Shown here one piece after another: positions 51,253-61,180 of a stretch of 64,000 nt of DNA (position 1 is its first letter; the number at the start of each line of letters is the position of its first letter). Origin of the DNA: a virus. The position numbers were made by a program, and so were the translations under genes. The notes beneath the pieces are model-generated. The model made no database searches, was not told the DNA's origin, and saw nothing but the letters and a program-made list of their open reading frames with translations. The stretch lies in the IMG/VR virus record IMGVR_UViG_3300020048_000012; one strand, written 5' to 3'.

Positions 51253-52362
51253 TTAAATAGTTGGAGTTTGATTAACGGGATCGGGTGTAATATTTTTAAA
51301 CAAATCAATGAAACACGCCCGAGTTACATCGTCGAATCTATTGCAGCATAGTTCAATAGATTTAATTTTATTTTTGAAGATAGAGAAAGTACGAATAATA
51401 TGAGTTAATCGACGAGTCGTGATCAATTCGTCAACGCCGCCGTCTGCATATGTACGACGGATTGTATCGGACCACTTTACTAGTGTTTCAGCGAATTCTT
51501 CGTCAATGCAATTGTAAGTCGCCATAAGATTTAGCACAATCTTCTTCTCTATTGCAGCAGTTGGATAATCTTGATTTAGCGTAATGGCGAATCGTTCAAG
51601 GAATGCTTCGTTCAGAATGTTAGTTCCAATGTATTGACCATCAGATCCCTTGCCTTTTGTGTTCGCTGTGGCAAAGATGTTGAAGCCAGGAGTGGGTATG
51701 ACGAGTTCATTCTTCAACTTGAAGTAGAATGGTTTACCTTCAAGAATTGGTTGAAGGCACAGGAGCACATTCGCACCGCCAGCATCAATTTCGTCAAGAA
51801 GAAGTGTAGCGCCAGTTCGCATTGCAATAAGCACAGGGCCTTCAACAATCTCGATGTTGCCATCGACGAGTGTCTTAGACCCAATCAATTGTTCTTCGTC
51901 TGTCATTGCATTCAAGTTGATGCGAATTAGAGGCTTGCGATTTGTCGCGCATGCTTGTTCAACCATCATTGATTTGCCATTACCAGTTGGACCAGCAATG
52001 TAAACAGGATAGAAAATGCCAGATTTGATGATCGCGTCGACGTCTTTGTAGTTACCAAAGACAACGTAATTCTTGTCTTTAGTCGGAATGAGAGATGTGT
52101 CAGCAGTGAACACTGTAGATTTTCCACAATTCTCTTTAGCTGCGAAAGTGATCACCTCACCAGTCTTGACGCCGGGACTTGGACTGAGCGCGTATAATCC
52201 TCGTGAGACTCGATTTTCCAAAATCCATGCAGGGAATTTTTCTCCACTGTCATTCATGATTTCAGTGATTTGCTTACGAGACACCACGCCAGTCGTAGCG
52301 ACATCAGGGAATTTGTCAGTAAGCGCTTTTGTAAATTTCGCTTGTGTATCAAGTGTTTTCAT
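51253..52362 (-). CDS. MoxR/CobS-like AAA+ ATPase
   Basis: GPTGNGKS, LLLDEID, LEGKP, ATANTKG.G, LNEAFLERF, ITTRRL. Confidence 0.9.
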   Translation of the reverse strand: MKTLDTQAKFTKALTDKFPDVATTGVVSRKQITEIMNDSGEKFPAWILENRVSRGLYALSPSPGVKTGEVITFAAKENCGKSTVFTADTSLIPTKDKNYVVFGNYKDVDAIIKSGIFYPVYIAGPTGNGKSMMVEQACATNRKPLIRINLNAMTDEEQLIGSKTLVDGNIEIVEGPVLIAMRTGATLLLDEIDAGGANVLLCLQPILEGKPFYFKLKNELVIPTPGFNIFATANTKGKGSDGQYIGTNILNEAFLERFAITLNQDYPTAAIEKKIVLNLMATYNCIDEEFAETLVKWSDTIRRTYADGGVDELITTRRLTHIIRTFSIFKNKIKSIELCCNRFDDVTRACFIDLFKNITPDPVNQTPTI

Positions 52363-52386
52363 AATATATCTGGAGTTGATGTATCT

Positions 52387-52415
52387 ATTATATCATAAGA
52401 TCTAATTAATGTACA
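52387..52415 (-). promoter_or_regulatory. early promoter
   Basis: TGTACA-17-TATAAT, preceded by AAAACGG. Confidence 0.85.
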
Positions 52416-52420
52416 CCGTT

Positions 52421-54556
52421 TTATGCAACATAATGGATAAATTTATCTAATAGAATACGAGAGTGCTTCGTTACATTCATGTTTTTAGTGATCACCCGAG
52501 CAATTGCAGCAGCACTGGCTTCACCATCAATATCAAATTCATAATCTACGATGGCTGTGCGATTGTCAGGAATAACAAAGAAGTCATCGCGACCAGTATT
52601 AGCTAGAGATCCAACACCGTCACGCTTACATTGCTCGCGTAAGTCTTCAACCATTTTATAACCAAATTTGCTGTTAGTGTTAGTATTCACCATTTTGACT
52701 ATGTCGGCTTTCCTAGTCGGAGTGATATAAAATCCAATAGAGCAAACCGCGTAACGATCTTTGATGATTGACAGTAATAACTTCGTCTGATTATTGGGGT
52801 ACTCAGTCACTTCATATGATTTTCCAGTCATAGAGTCATTGACCATATTACGATATTTCTGTATACGATAGTCGCCATCTACATATAGCCCTTTTGTCGT
52901 GGTCGGCATCACATTGAATGACGCACCTGAACTATCACCATCAGTCAGCGTAATGAATGTCAATTTTTCGATGTTGTTGGCTTTCTTATACATTGGAATG
53001 TATTTGATCATATAAATGAGTGCGTCTGTCAATGGTGTAGCACCAAGAGAGAATCTGCCTTTAAATCTGTTTGGTGATGACGTGAAATAATACGCGACCG
53101 AATTAAATTCACTTATAGTCATCTTACTAGAAAATAGATTCAGTAGAGAATAATTGCTATTGCTGTACATAACATTCTTGTCACGAGTAGACGACATAGA
53201 ATGTTCAAATGCTTTCCTCGCATTAACTACATCAGCGTCGTATTTATTATATTGGGTGCTAAACGCAAACACTTCAAATGGGATTCCAGCCTTGCGACAA
53301 AACATGACCAAATTGATAACTTGTTCGATCGTAGGCTTAATGACATTCATCATCGAACCGGACCAATCGAGCAAAAACACAAAACCATGGTTCTTGCCAT
53401 TAGGGACTACAGTGATCTTCTTAAAAATATCGTCTGTGAGTCTATATGCATGCAATTTCTTAGAGTTCAAAGAACCAGTCTTAGACGTAAGAGATCTTGC
53501 ATAATTACTCGCAGACTTCTTCATCTCAAATTCTTTGACGAGATAAGAGACGATTTTATTCGACCGTGTCTTAAATTGTTCAAAAGACTCTCGGTTGGCG
53601 TTTAATATTTCGCTAGATACATTCGATTGAATGACTTTGACTTCAGCCACAATAGTCTTGAAAGGCACGACCGGATCAACTGCAGTATTCGTCGTCAATT
53701 CGTAGTAGTGATACAACACAGATCCATCAGTCAATTTTTCCAACTCGTCGTTGAGCGCAGTATCAGTGTGCGATTCCACGTCTGGTTCTGGCTGCTCAAC
53801 TTCAGCTTCAGTTCCAGTTCCATCACTAATGTCAAGCGGTTTAGTAGGTGATGATTCGACTTCTTTGTTTTCATCTTCATCGAAGTCGCTGCCGTCGGGC
53901 GCAATAGTCTCATCTGAATCTTCATAATCAGTGTCGTACTCATCGCTGAGTATTTTCTGTACATCTTGATTCGGTGTTTCTTGTTTTTCAGTCTTAGCTT
54001 GTTTCTTGGAGAATTCGTACAATTCGACTGCGAGAGCGATAGCCTCGTCAATCGTCTCAACTGCACCAGTTCGTTTGACGTAGACCAATTCTTCATCGGT
54101 AAAATCGATGGGCTGATTCGTCTTGAAGTAAAGATTGATACGATCAATGAGAAGCATTGAATTGACGTCAACTCCTTTGAGTTTAAAAAAGTCTAATTCA
54201 ATGATGCCCTTGTATCCTACACTGAATGCACGACGAAGGCCAGGATAGCGCCGCTTCATTAGCTTTTCGATGCGAGCATCTTCAATGATGTTGGCGTATC
54301 CTTTAACAGCGAGTTTGGTTTTCATGTCTTGATATCGCGTAAACACTTCACTCCACGCCTCACATGAGGTGAACAAAGCATGTCCAACCTCATGCGCGAT
54401 GAGCATATTTTCGATATCGGGCGTCATGTTCTTCCACGCCGGAATAGACAAAATCCTATTCTTAACGTCAAAGGACGCCGTGGAAGCGTTCACTCTGACG
54501 ATAGTAAGATTTTCTGTTGCTAGGAGCCTAGCAGTGAGATCAATTTGTTCATTCAT
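52421..54556 (-). CDS. metallopeptidase-like + VWA domain protein (CobT-like partner of the AAA ATPase)
   Basis: HEVGH (HExxH), NIIEDARIEK, acidic linker, MIDAS LLDWSGSM, GATPL, LTDG. Confidence 0.85.
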   Translation of the reverse strand: MNEQIDLTARLLATENLTIVRVNASTASFDVKNRILSIPAWKNMTPDIENMLIAHEVGHALFTSCEAWSEVFTRYQDMKTKLAVKGYANIIEDARIEKLMKRRYPGLRRAFSVGYKGIIELDFFKLKGVDVNSMLLIDRINLYFKTNQPIDFTDEELVYVKRTGAVETIDEAIALAVELYEFSKKQAKTEKQETPNQDVQKILSDEYDTDYEDSDETIAPDGSDFDEDENKEVESSPTKPLDISDGTGTEAEVEQPEPDVESHTDTALNDELEKLTDGSVLYHYYELTTNTAVDPVVPFKTIVAEVKVIQSNVSSEILNANRESFEQFKTRSNKIVSYLVKEFEMKKSASNYARSLTSKTGSLNSKKLHAYRLTDDIFKKITVVPNGKNHGFVFLLDWSGSMMNVIKPTIEQVINLVMFCRKAGIPFEVFAFSTQYNKYDADVVNARKAFEHSMSSTRDKNVMYSNSNYSLLNLFSSKMTISEFNSVAYYFTSSPNRFKGRFSLGATPLTDALIYMIKYIPMYKKANNIEKLTFITLTDGDSSGASFNVMPTTTKGLYVDGDYRIQKYRNMVNDSMTGKSYEVTEYPNNQTKLLLSIIKDRYAVCSIGFYITPTRKADIVKMVNTNTNSKFGYKMVEDLREQCKRDGVGSLANTGRDDFFVIPDNRTAIVDYEFDIDGEASAAAIARVITKNMNVTKHSRILLDKFIHYVA

Positions 54557-54561
54557 GATTT

Positions 54562-54590
54562 ATTATATCACAAAGTCAAATTAGTGTACA
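54562..54590 (-). promoter_or_regulatory. early promoter
   Basis: TGTACA-17-TATAAT, preceded by AAAACGG. Confidence 0.85.
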
Positions 54591-54595
54591 CCGTT

Positions 54596-56314
54596 TTAGA
54601 TCACTGTGATCGTAGAAAAATCGTTTTGTTTGTCGACTTTGATCGTACGATCAAACTTATCAATCAGCGCCTCTGTTTTATGCGAGATAACAAATATGTT
54701 TGAATCGCCTATAATAGCCTGAAGTAATTGAATAAATGAATCAGTTCCAGCATCATCTAATGCACCATCCATAACTTCATCGAATATTAATAGATTAGTA
54801 TTTACAGAATTCTTCATCTTTGCAATTTGACGCCATGCAAATAATATTGAAAGGTCTAATCTTTTCTTTTCACCTTCAGAGAAACTAGCGTAAGTAAATT
54901 CATCGCGGAATCTAGATTTGATTATCTCATTGAAAGATTCATCTAATTCGAAATGAAAATAAGAATCCATAATATTAAGATACTTGTTGATAAGCTTATT
55001 CATCACTGGAAGATATTCTCGAATAATCGCAGTTTTAATGCCTGCGTCTTTCAATAATAGAGATGCAATATCTTGCAAATTCTTTTCTTCGATCAATGAT
55101 GTTTTAGTATTAAGCAAAACCACTGCATTTTCTGCGAGTGATTTTAATTTATTCTTTTCTTCATCGATGTTGGCAGTATCTACTTTATGCTCTTGAATCT
55201 CTAAATTCATTAAAGACACTTGTTTATTCAAAATACCAATAGTATTATTAATGGTCGATAATTCGATATTTTTAGCCGTTAAATCTCTATTTAAAACAGC
55301 GATTTTCTCTAATTTCTTATTAAATTTAACCAAACATTCATCTAAAGTAGCCTTTTCTTCCTCATATTTAGCCGCGTCGCGTTCAGCGCTCGAGATCGAT
55401 GCATGCTTATGTTCATGTGGAATCTTTTGTTGACACGATGGGCAGTCTTCTTTCTCGATCATGAAGTTAATTCGTTCTTGAACGGCATCAATTCTAGCTT
55501 CAAGTTTATTCTTAGCTGTCGTAACTTTCTTAAGATCAGCTTTAATGCTAGACTCAGTCGCAGCGGCTTCATTCAATTTTTTAACTTCTAATTGAACGAT
55601 TGATGCCTTCTCACTTGCAATTGCAACTTCATCTAGCGCTTCTTTAATCTTTTGACCTAATTTTGCGATAGTCGTTTCTTTTGCAGTGCTAATCGTGGCA
55701 ATTAGTTTCTTTTGAGCGCTGACTTTTTCGCGCGCTAAAGCAACACTATCTTCTATCCTAAGAACAGCGTCTTTTGTAATTTGTGTTTTTTCACGCAATA
55801 GCTGGTTCATTAGTGAGAAGATGCGAATGTCAAGAATATCTTCGATGACTTCACGGCGTTGCCCACTAGGCAATTGCATAAATGGTATGAATGACGCAGA
55901 CCCTAGGATAACAACCTGAGTGAATGAACGATAGTTAATCTTAATGATATGTTCTTCTAAGACTTTTTGATAGTCACGAACAGATGCGTCTTGATTCAAA
56001 AGAACATCATTACAATAAATTTCAAAGATGTTAGGTTTCATACCACGAATGATCTTATAGTTCTTAGCGTCGACACTAAATTCAATTTCGACAAAAAGAT
56101 GCTTACCATTGATGCTATTGATTAGATTCTGTTTTGTGATATTTCTAAACGCTTTACCAAATAGAACGAAACACAGTGCATCTAATAGCGTACTTTTACC
56201 GGCGCCATTAGTTCCAATAATGAGAGTCGTATTAGTCGTATTAAGTTCTATGGTTGTTGGCGCATTGCCAGTTGATAGAAAATTACGCCACGTGATTTTT
56301 TTAAAGATTATCAT
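54596..56314 (-). CDS. 46: recombination endonuclease ATPase subunit gp46 (Rad50/SbcC-like)
   Basis: GTNGAGKS, coiled coils with CPSC hook, FSEGEK, LIFDE, ISHK. Confidence 0.97.
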   Translation of the reverse strand: MIIFKKITWRNFLSTGNAPTTIELNTTNTTLIIGTNGAGKSTLLDALCFVLFGKAFRNITKQNLINSINGKHLFVEIEFSVDAKNYKIIRGMKPNIFEIYCNDVLLNQDASVRDYQKVLEEHIIKINYRSFTQVVILGSASFIPFMQLPSGQRREVIEDILDIRIFSLMNQLLREKTQITKDAVLRIEDSVALAREKVSAQKKLIATISTAKETTIAKLGQKIKEALDEVAIASEKASIVQLEVKKLNEAAATESSIKADLKKVTTAKNKLEARIDAVQERINFMIEKEDCPSCQQKIPHEHKHASISSAERDAAKYEEEKATLDECLVKFNKKLEKIAVLNRDLTAKNIELSTINNTIGILNKQVSLMNLEIQEHKVDTANIDEEKNKLKSLAENAVVLLNTKTSLIEEKNLQDIASLLLKDAGIKTAIIREYLPVMNKLINKYLNIMDSYFHFELDESFNEIIKSRFRDEFTYASFSEGEKKRLDLSILFAWRQIAKMKNSVNTNLLIFDEVMDGALDDAGTDSFIQLLQAIIGDSNIFVISHKTEALIDKFDRTIKVDKQNDFSTITVI

Positions 56315-57369
56315 AGAACCTCGTTTGTCGACGCCTCAATGTATAATGTTTTCATGTAATTCTTAATCTTTTCTTTGTCAATATCAGTCGCAATACTGTC
56401 GACATAATTTGACAATATGCTAAGCGTATCTTCTAAATCGATATTGTCATCGTTAATTTCACCAGATTGAAACTCTGACATGTCTTCTACAATTTTAATA
56501 TCATGACACTTTTTTGTATATAGCTTACTTATAAATTGATCGAATTTATAAAAGTCAGTTTTATTCACTACAACCAATTTAACAAATTTATCATTCAATT
56601 CAATTGCATCTAAGTCAATAGGGTCTTTATTCTTATCATCGTATTCTATACGAATGAACATTGTGTATGGATTCTCAATGAACACGAGTTCACGAGTACT
56701 CAAATCAAATGTATGGAATCCTTTAGGATCGGCATAATCTTGCCATGTTAATTCATATGGAGTCGCTAAATACGAGATGTTTCCCTTCGTAGATCTATGA
56801 TGATAGTGTCCTGAGAACACCAAATCAAAACGAGCAAAGATACTAGCATCTAACCCGCCTTCTGCGGTATGACCGCGATACATTTCGAAGCCAGAAATTT
56901 CTAAGTGGCCAAGACAAATATCGGCATTTGTATTTTTAATTTCGTTGAAGCATTCTTCATAATTACTAGCGCACATCCATGGAATCATTACGATAGGAAC
57001 GCCATTGACATCGATAGTTTGAGGACGATCAATGATCTTGATGCAAGAGTATTCCTGCAATAGAAGAGTCGATGAATTGACTTCGAGTGTATTACGAAAA
57101 AAGATGTCATGATTACCCAATAAAGTAATCATTTTGATATTGCGCTTTTTCAATTCGTCAAAGAAGTATCGACGACACATAAGAAGAGTGTTGAAGTTCA
57201 CATACTTACGACGATCCCATAGATCGCCCAATTGCAAAATGGTGTCAATGCCTTCTGCTTCAAGTCTATCAAATAGAAATGTGTAAAATTTTTCAAAGAA
57301 TGCGTGAAACGCCAAACTGTCGTTGCGAGCACCTAGATGTGTGTCGCCTAAAATACATACTTTACTCAT
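56311..57369 (-). CDS. 47: recombination endonuclease nuclease subunit gp47 (Mre11/SbcD-like)
   Basis: GDTHLG, LGDLWD, GNHD, GHLE, SGHYH. Confidence 0.96.
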   Translation of the reverse strand: MSKVCILGDTHLGARNDSLAFHAFFEKFYTFLFDRLEAEGIDTILQLGDLWDRRKYVNFNTLLMCRRYFFDELKKRNIKMITLLGNHDIFFRNTLEVNSSTLLLQEYSCIKIIDRPQTIDVNGVPIVMIPWMCASNYEECFNEIKNTNADICLGHLEISGFEMYRGHTAEGGLDASIFARFDLVFSGHYHHRSTKGNISYLATPYELTWQDYADPKGFHTFDLSTRELVFIENPYTMFIRIEYDDKNKDPIDLDAIELNDKFVKLVVVNKTDFYKFDQFISKLYTKKCHDIKIVEDMSEFQSGEINDDNIDLEDTLSILSNYVDSIATDIDKEKIKNYMKTLYIEASTNEVL

Positions 57370-57811
57370 GGATTGTCTTTTTTATATTTTCAGCAATTGC
57401 GAATTTATCATTAGAATCTGCGATTAATACGCGACTACGCAATTCTGTTGTGCTAAAACTGTGGCGTCGCCGATTAAAGTGCACCGGAATTGACAGTTCA
57501 TGTCCTGTAAATTTTTTATCACGATATTCTTCGCCAATGATTCTAACATCAATTGGGTAACTTTGTAGGATGTCCATTAGATCTTTTTCAGTTGCGTATG
57601 GAACTATACTATCAACATATTTGCATGCTTCTAATTGAATGAAGCGTTCAAGAATAGATTGAATAGGTTTATTCTTTTCTTTGCGATCAATGGTTGGATC
57701 AGTTTGCAAACCAACCAGTAAGTAATCGCATTGATCTTTTGCGTCTTTAAGCATCATAATATGCCCTGCATGAAATAAATCAAAACATGAACATGTGAAT
57801 CCTAATTTCAT
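57362..57811 (-). CDS. glycerol-3-phosphate cytidylyltransferase-like (TagD-type) protein
   Basis: FDLFHAGH, LLVGLQTDP, ER..QL...KYVD, R.HSFSTT.LR; start moved to MKLGF. Confidence 0.85.
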   Translation of the reverse strand: MKLGFTCSCFDLFHAGHIMMLKDAKDQCDYLLVGLQTDPTIDRKEKNKPIQSILERFIQLEACKYVDSIVPYATEKDLMDILQSYPIDVRIIGEEYRDKKFTGHELSIPVHFNRRRHSFSTTELRSRVLIADSNDKFAIAENIKKTIHE

Positions 57812-58020
57812 AACATATCGCCTTTGCTCTCCCACGCCCAATTTACCATAACCCAATCATCAATGCAATCTTGGAATGTATAATCGCTTAAATTCTTTCC
57901 AGCCTTTTGCATGTTGTCGCACCAGCGTTTCCATTCTTTTTCAATTATTTCTTGCTCTGAATAAGTTTCAATAATCTCTTTGTCATTCTCATTAAGGTAG
58001 CCAATACACCAATATTTCAT
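57808..58020 (-). CDS. small conserved hypothetical protein
   Basis: SE.EI...W..W...M...DCIDDWV..NWA pattern; start moved to MKYWC. Confidence 0.7.
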   Translation of the reverse strand: MKYWCIGYLNENDKEIIETYSEQEIIEKEWKRWCDNMQKAGKNLSDYTFQDCIDDWVMVNWAWESKGDML

Positions 58021-58021
58021 A

Positions 58022-58615
58022 TCACTCCTCAATATCAAGTTCGTCAAAATTAAATTTTGCAGGCATTTTAGCAGGACCGTCTTCAGTGTCATAAAAATGT
58101 TCAAGCGATTGAATCTTTTTCTTATCTTTTTTATCTTCTTTCTTCTTAACAAAAGAATCATCAAAACTAGAATGAAGTTGAATAAACGCAGTGTATGCAT
58201 TCTTGAAGTCTACGTCATCATCATGTCCTTGAAGATCAAAGCTTTCGAATGCCATGTCTCTAATTAGTCTACCACGGATATACGATTGTTTCTTTTCCTT
58301 TGCGATTCGACGTAGAAAAGCAAAGTAGATAACTTGAGTAAAATATGAAAATGGATTAGATGATTTTTCAGGATTAAAGCTATTCATGCACTGCATGCAA
58401 TTCTCAATTCCATCAAGAACCATATCATCACGATATGAATAATTAATGAAATTTGCTTTATGCGATAATCGCGTTGAAATTTTCAGAATACATTCACCGA
58501 GATACTCTGGAATTCTCGGTTCTTCTGTGCCATTTTCGCGTGCTTCAGTAAGTTCTTTTTTATACTTAACAATCGCAGCCAGCATTTCTGCGTTATTTAC
58601 ATAATGTGTTGCCAT
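58022..58615 (-). CDS. 55: late-transcription sigma factor gp55
   Basis: HYVNN.E...IPEYLGEC.LKI...LS.K.NFINY.Y..DM..DGIENC...FNPEKS.NPF.YFTQ..Y.AF.RRI.KEK. Confidence 0.96.
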   Translation of the reverse strand: MATHYVNNAEMLAAIVKYKKELTEARENGTEEPRIPEYLGECILKISTRLSHKANFINYSYRDDMVLDGIENCMQCMNSFNPEKSSNPFSYFTQVIYFAFLRRIAKEKKQSYIRGRLIRDMAFESFDLQGHDDDVDFKNAYTAFIQLHSSFDDSFVKKKEDKKDKKKIQSLEHFYDTEDGPAKMPAKFNFDELDIEE

Positions 58616-58680
58616 TTAGATCCTCTTATCATATTTGATATGTCTATTGTATCACATACATTCAATTCTAATCAATCTAA

Positions 58681-60162
58681 TTATTCAATATCAACTTCAA
58701 TTATCTTAAAGTCAAATTTTTCTTCGGCGTAAATTTGTACGCGATCTTTAAGGTGCCGAAGAGTATGATTCTTCCAAGATTTATGAGACATATCATCTGC
58801 AATATCGAATAGATTACAGTGCGTCTTGCCTGCGCTTAGACGCAAACCACGCCCAATAGACTGCAGATTTCTAATCTTTGATTTACTCGGTGACGCAAAA
58901 ATGACATTTTCAATTGATGGGATATTAATACCTGTTGAGAAAACACCAAAACTGGCGACAATAATTGCATCTGTTTCATTCTGAGTTAATGCACGAGCAG
59001 ATTCGCGTGCTTCGACTTCAGTTCCACCATAAACAAAGAATACTTTTCTTTTGTCATGAACTTTTGCTTTAATCATTTCATATAATGGCATTCCATGTTT
59101 TTGGACATATTGAAATAAAACTAATGTGTTGCCTTCGCATGACACAGCGAGATTGCGAATAAATCTATTACGCTTATCATGGCTTACGATAAAATCCATT
59201 TCATCTTGATAAGAATTTTTATTGCGAATCTTACGAGTTATCGCGTCATATTTCATGATCAAGCATTTTATTTTTAGATTCGCAACACTTCCCGAATCCA
59301 TCAATTGTTTTGTAGTAATAACTTTATAGACTGGCCCAAACATGCCTTCTAAAACAAGGCGATTAACCTTAGCGTTATCAAGCGTGCCTGTTGTGCCAAT
59401 ACGATATTGCACATTTGGCATCTTTTCCATAACCGATGTAAGAGACTTTGCTTTAAATAAATGCGCTTCGTCGCCAAATATTACGTCAAATTGCTTAAAC
59501 CAGTTAGTAGGTTGTTTATAAATGGATTGCCACGTAGTAAGTAATACGTTACGTTCGAAGTCTTTTGAAAATCCAGAGTACAATTTTTGACAATGCTTAG
59601 ACGCATTCCATCCATTTGCGCTCGAATAATCTTCGAAGTCTTTATGAAGTTGTTCAACAAGTGATACTGTTGGCACGACAATGATACACTTCCGACCGCG
59701 CTCGAGATGATAGCGCATTACGCTATAAATGATCAAACTCTTGCCAGACGCCGTAGGCGATAACAATAATGTTCGTTGTTCACTAATTGCTTTATGAATA
59801 GCATCGATTTGATAATCACGAATATCAATAGATTCGCCACGACCTTGCAAATCAAGACTTGCACAATATAGTTTCACGTCTTCAATGGAAACGTCGGTGA
59901 TTGCTACAACATCATTAATAAATTTGACTTCATATTCATTTCGAGCAGCGAACTCTAGCACATAGTTCAATAAACCGACGTACAAGGTTTTGCGACGAAG
60001 ATCGTATAAACGTATGAATCCGTCCCAGGCGCCAGAACGATACGCAGGCGTGAATTTATATCCTTCTACTCGAAATTGAAAAAATTCAGATAATTCCTGT
60101 TCAATTCCTGGATCAGAATAAATGCGAATATAAACTTCGCTTATCTTTTCTATTGTTATCAT
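58681..60162 (-). CDS. uvsW: UvsW DNA/RNA helicase
   Basis: RDYQ, SPTASGKS, TTWQS, GDEAH, GTTGT, FSTGINI, QSIGRGLR. Confidence 0.96.
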   Translation of the reverse strand: MITIEKISEVYIRIYSDPGIEQELSEFFQFRVEGYKFTPAYRSGAWDGFIRLYDLRRKTLYVGLLNYVLEFAARNEYEVKFINDVVAITDVSIEDVKLYCASLDLQGRGESIDIRDYQIDAIHKAISEQRTLLLSPTASGKSLIIYSVMRYHLERGRKCIIVVPTVSLVEQLHKDFEDYSSANGWNASKHCQKLYSGFSKDFERNVLLTTWQSIYKQPTNWFKQFDVIFGDEAHLFKAKSLTSVMEKMPNVQYRIGTTGTLDNAKVNRLVLEGMFGPVYKVITTKQLMDSGSVANLKIKCLIMKYDAITRKIRNKNSYQDEMDFIVSHDKRNRFIRNLAVSCEGNTLVLFQYVQKHGMPLYEMIKAKVHDKRKVFFVYGGTEVEARESARALTQNETDAIIVASFGVFSTGINIPSIENVIFASPSKSKIRNLQSIGRGLRLSAGKTHCNLFDIADDMSHKSWKNHTLRHLKDRVQIYAEEKFDFKIIEVDIE

Positions 60163-60602
60163 TAATTGCCTGCAATAAATTGTTTAAATGTTATAGCGTT
60201 TCTAATTTGCCAATCTCTTGCGCCAATTTGTTTCATGATAGATTCGAGTGCTTCAATCATAACTTTTATATACTCGATCTTCATGTTTAATTTAACAAGA
60301 TCAGAATCACCGGTGAGAAATTCTTCCATTTCTCCTTTGAGTGGCTTAACGCCTTGCCATTGCGACCAACTTCTTTCAGTCAGTTCATCCTTTGGCATTT
60401 CACCACGATAATAGCGAAATTTAGCTTGTCGAAGATTATTGTATTCTGCGCTAAGTGCAGCAATCTTCATCTTATGTTGAATAAGAAGTCTAAGATATTT
60501 GGAGTGTAATTTCGCAGTAGCGATAGATTCACGATCTAAGTGATCTTCGCTTATGCTGCAGTCAGCGTCCCATAACGCATAAAGCTCATCAATTGTTGTC
60601 AT
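60162..60602 (-). CDS. uvsY: recombination mediator UvsY
   Basis: W..D..I...LD.ES...KLHSKY...YYRGE...R.WQIRNAI.F.QF.AG. Confidence 0.93.
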   Translation of the reverse strand: MTTIDELYALWDADCSISEDHLDRESIATAKLHSKYLRLLIQHKMKIAALSAEYNNLRQAKFRYYRGEMPKDELTERSWSQWQGVKPLKGEMEEFLTGDSDLVKLNMKIEYIKVMIEALESIMKQIGARDWQIRNAITFKQFIAGN

Positions 60603-60634
60603 AATATAATCCTATCACGACGGGTTCGCCATCA

Positions 60635-61165
60635 TTAATCAATAAATTTGTATAGTGTATATCTAAATGTTGCGTTACCAACTAAGTATTGGACATCAGA
60701 TGCAGTCGATGTAAATAACATCGAATTGATAGACGTGATAACGCAGTCTTTGAAACTAATAGTCTGAATAGGTTTATTAGTGTTTCCAAGAATAGTCAAT
60801 GTAGCATCAGATGATGCTGATGCATTCTCAGATAATGGAAATTCAGATGCAATCTCAGCGAGATATTGTTGATTATTCTCAGGAAATCCTAATCCAGTGA
60901 GCCATTTGAATAATGCTCGATAATTCGACATGTCTCCATCGACAAGAAATTGCACACTAAGTTCAGAGAATTCAACATTGTCACCAGGCACAGGATAATG
61001 CACGAATGGCGTACCAATATCGACTGTCGGTAGTGTCACAGTAGGAATTGTTACTTCCTGACAGAAATATGTCAATTCGGGAATGCGTTGAAGCGAAAAC
61101 ATAAATCCATTAGGTGATAATGGATTTATATTAGAAGGTACGGGGCAAGCGAGTAATCTGTTCAT
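60635..61165 (-). CDS. 3: tail completion / sheath stabilizer gp3
   Basis: N.LSP.GF.F...P...YFCQ...IP...PGD...F..L...FLVD..M.NY...WL. Confidence 0.85.
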   Translation of the reverse strand: MNRLLACPVPSNINPLSPNGFMFSLQRIPELTYFCQEVTIPTVTLPTVDIGTPFVHYPVPGDNVEFSELSVQFLVDGDMSNYRALFKWLTGLGFPENNQQYLAEIASEFPLSENASASSDATLTILGNTNKPIQTISFKDCVITSINSMLFTSTASDVQYLVGNATFRYTLYKFID

Positions 61166-61169
61166 AGTT

Positions 61170-61177
61170 TATTTATA
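61170..61177 (-). promoter_or_regulatory. T4-type late promoter
   Basis: TATAAATA just upstream of gene 3. Confidence 0.75.
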
Positions 61178-61180
61178 TGA

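Noticed and set aside
51253-54556. Cobalamin biosynthesis (cobS/cobT) function
   Set aside because: The similarity reflects the generic MoxR AAA + VWA pair widespread in T4-like phages; no cobN or other cob genes are present.
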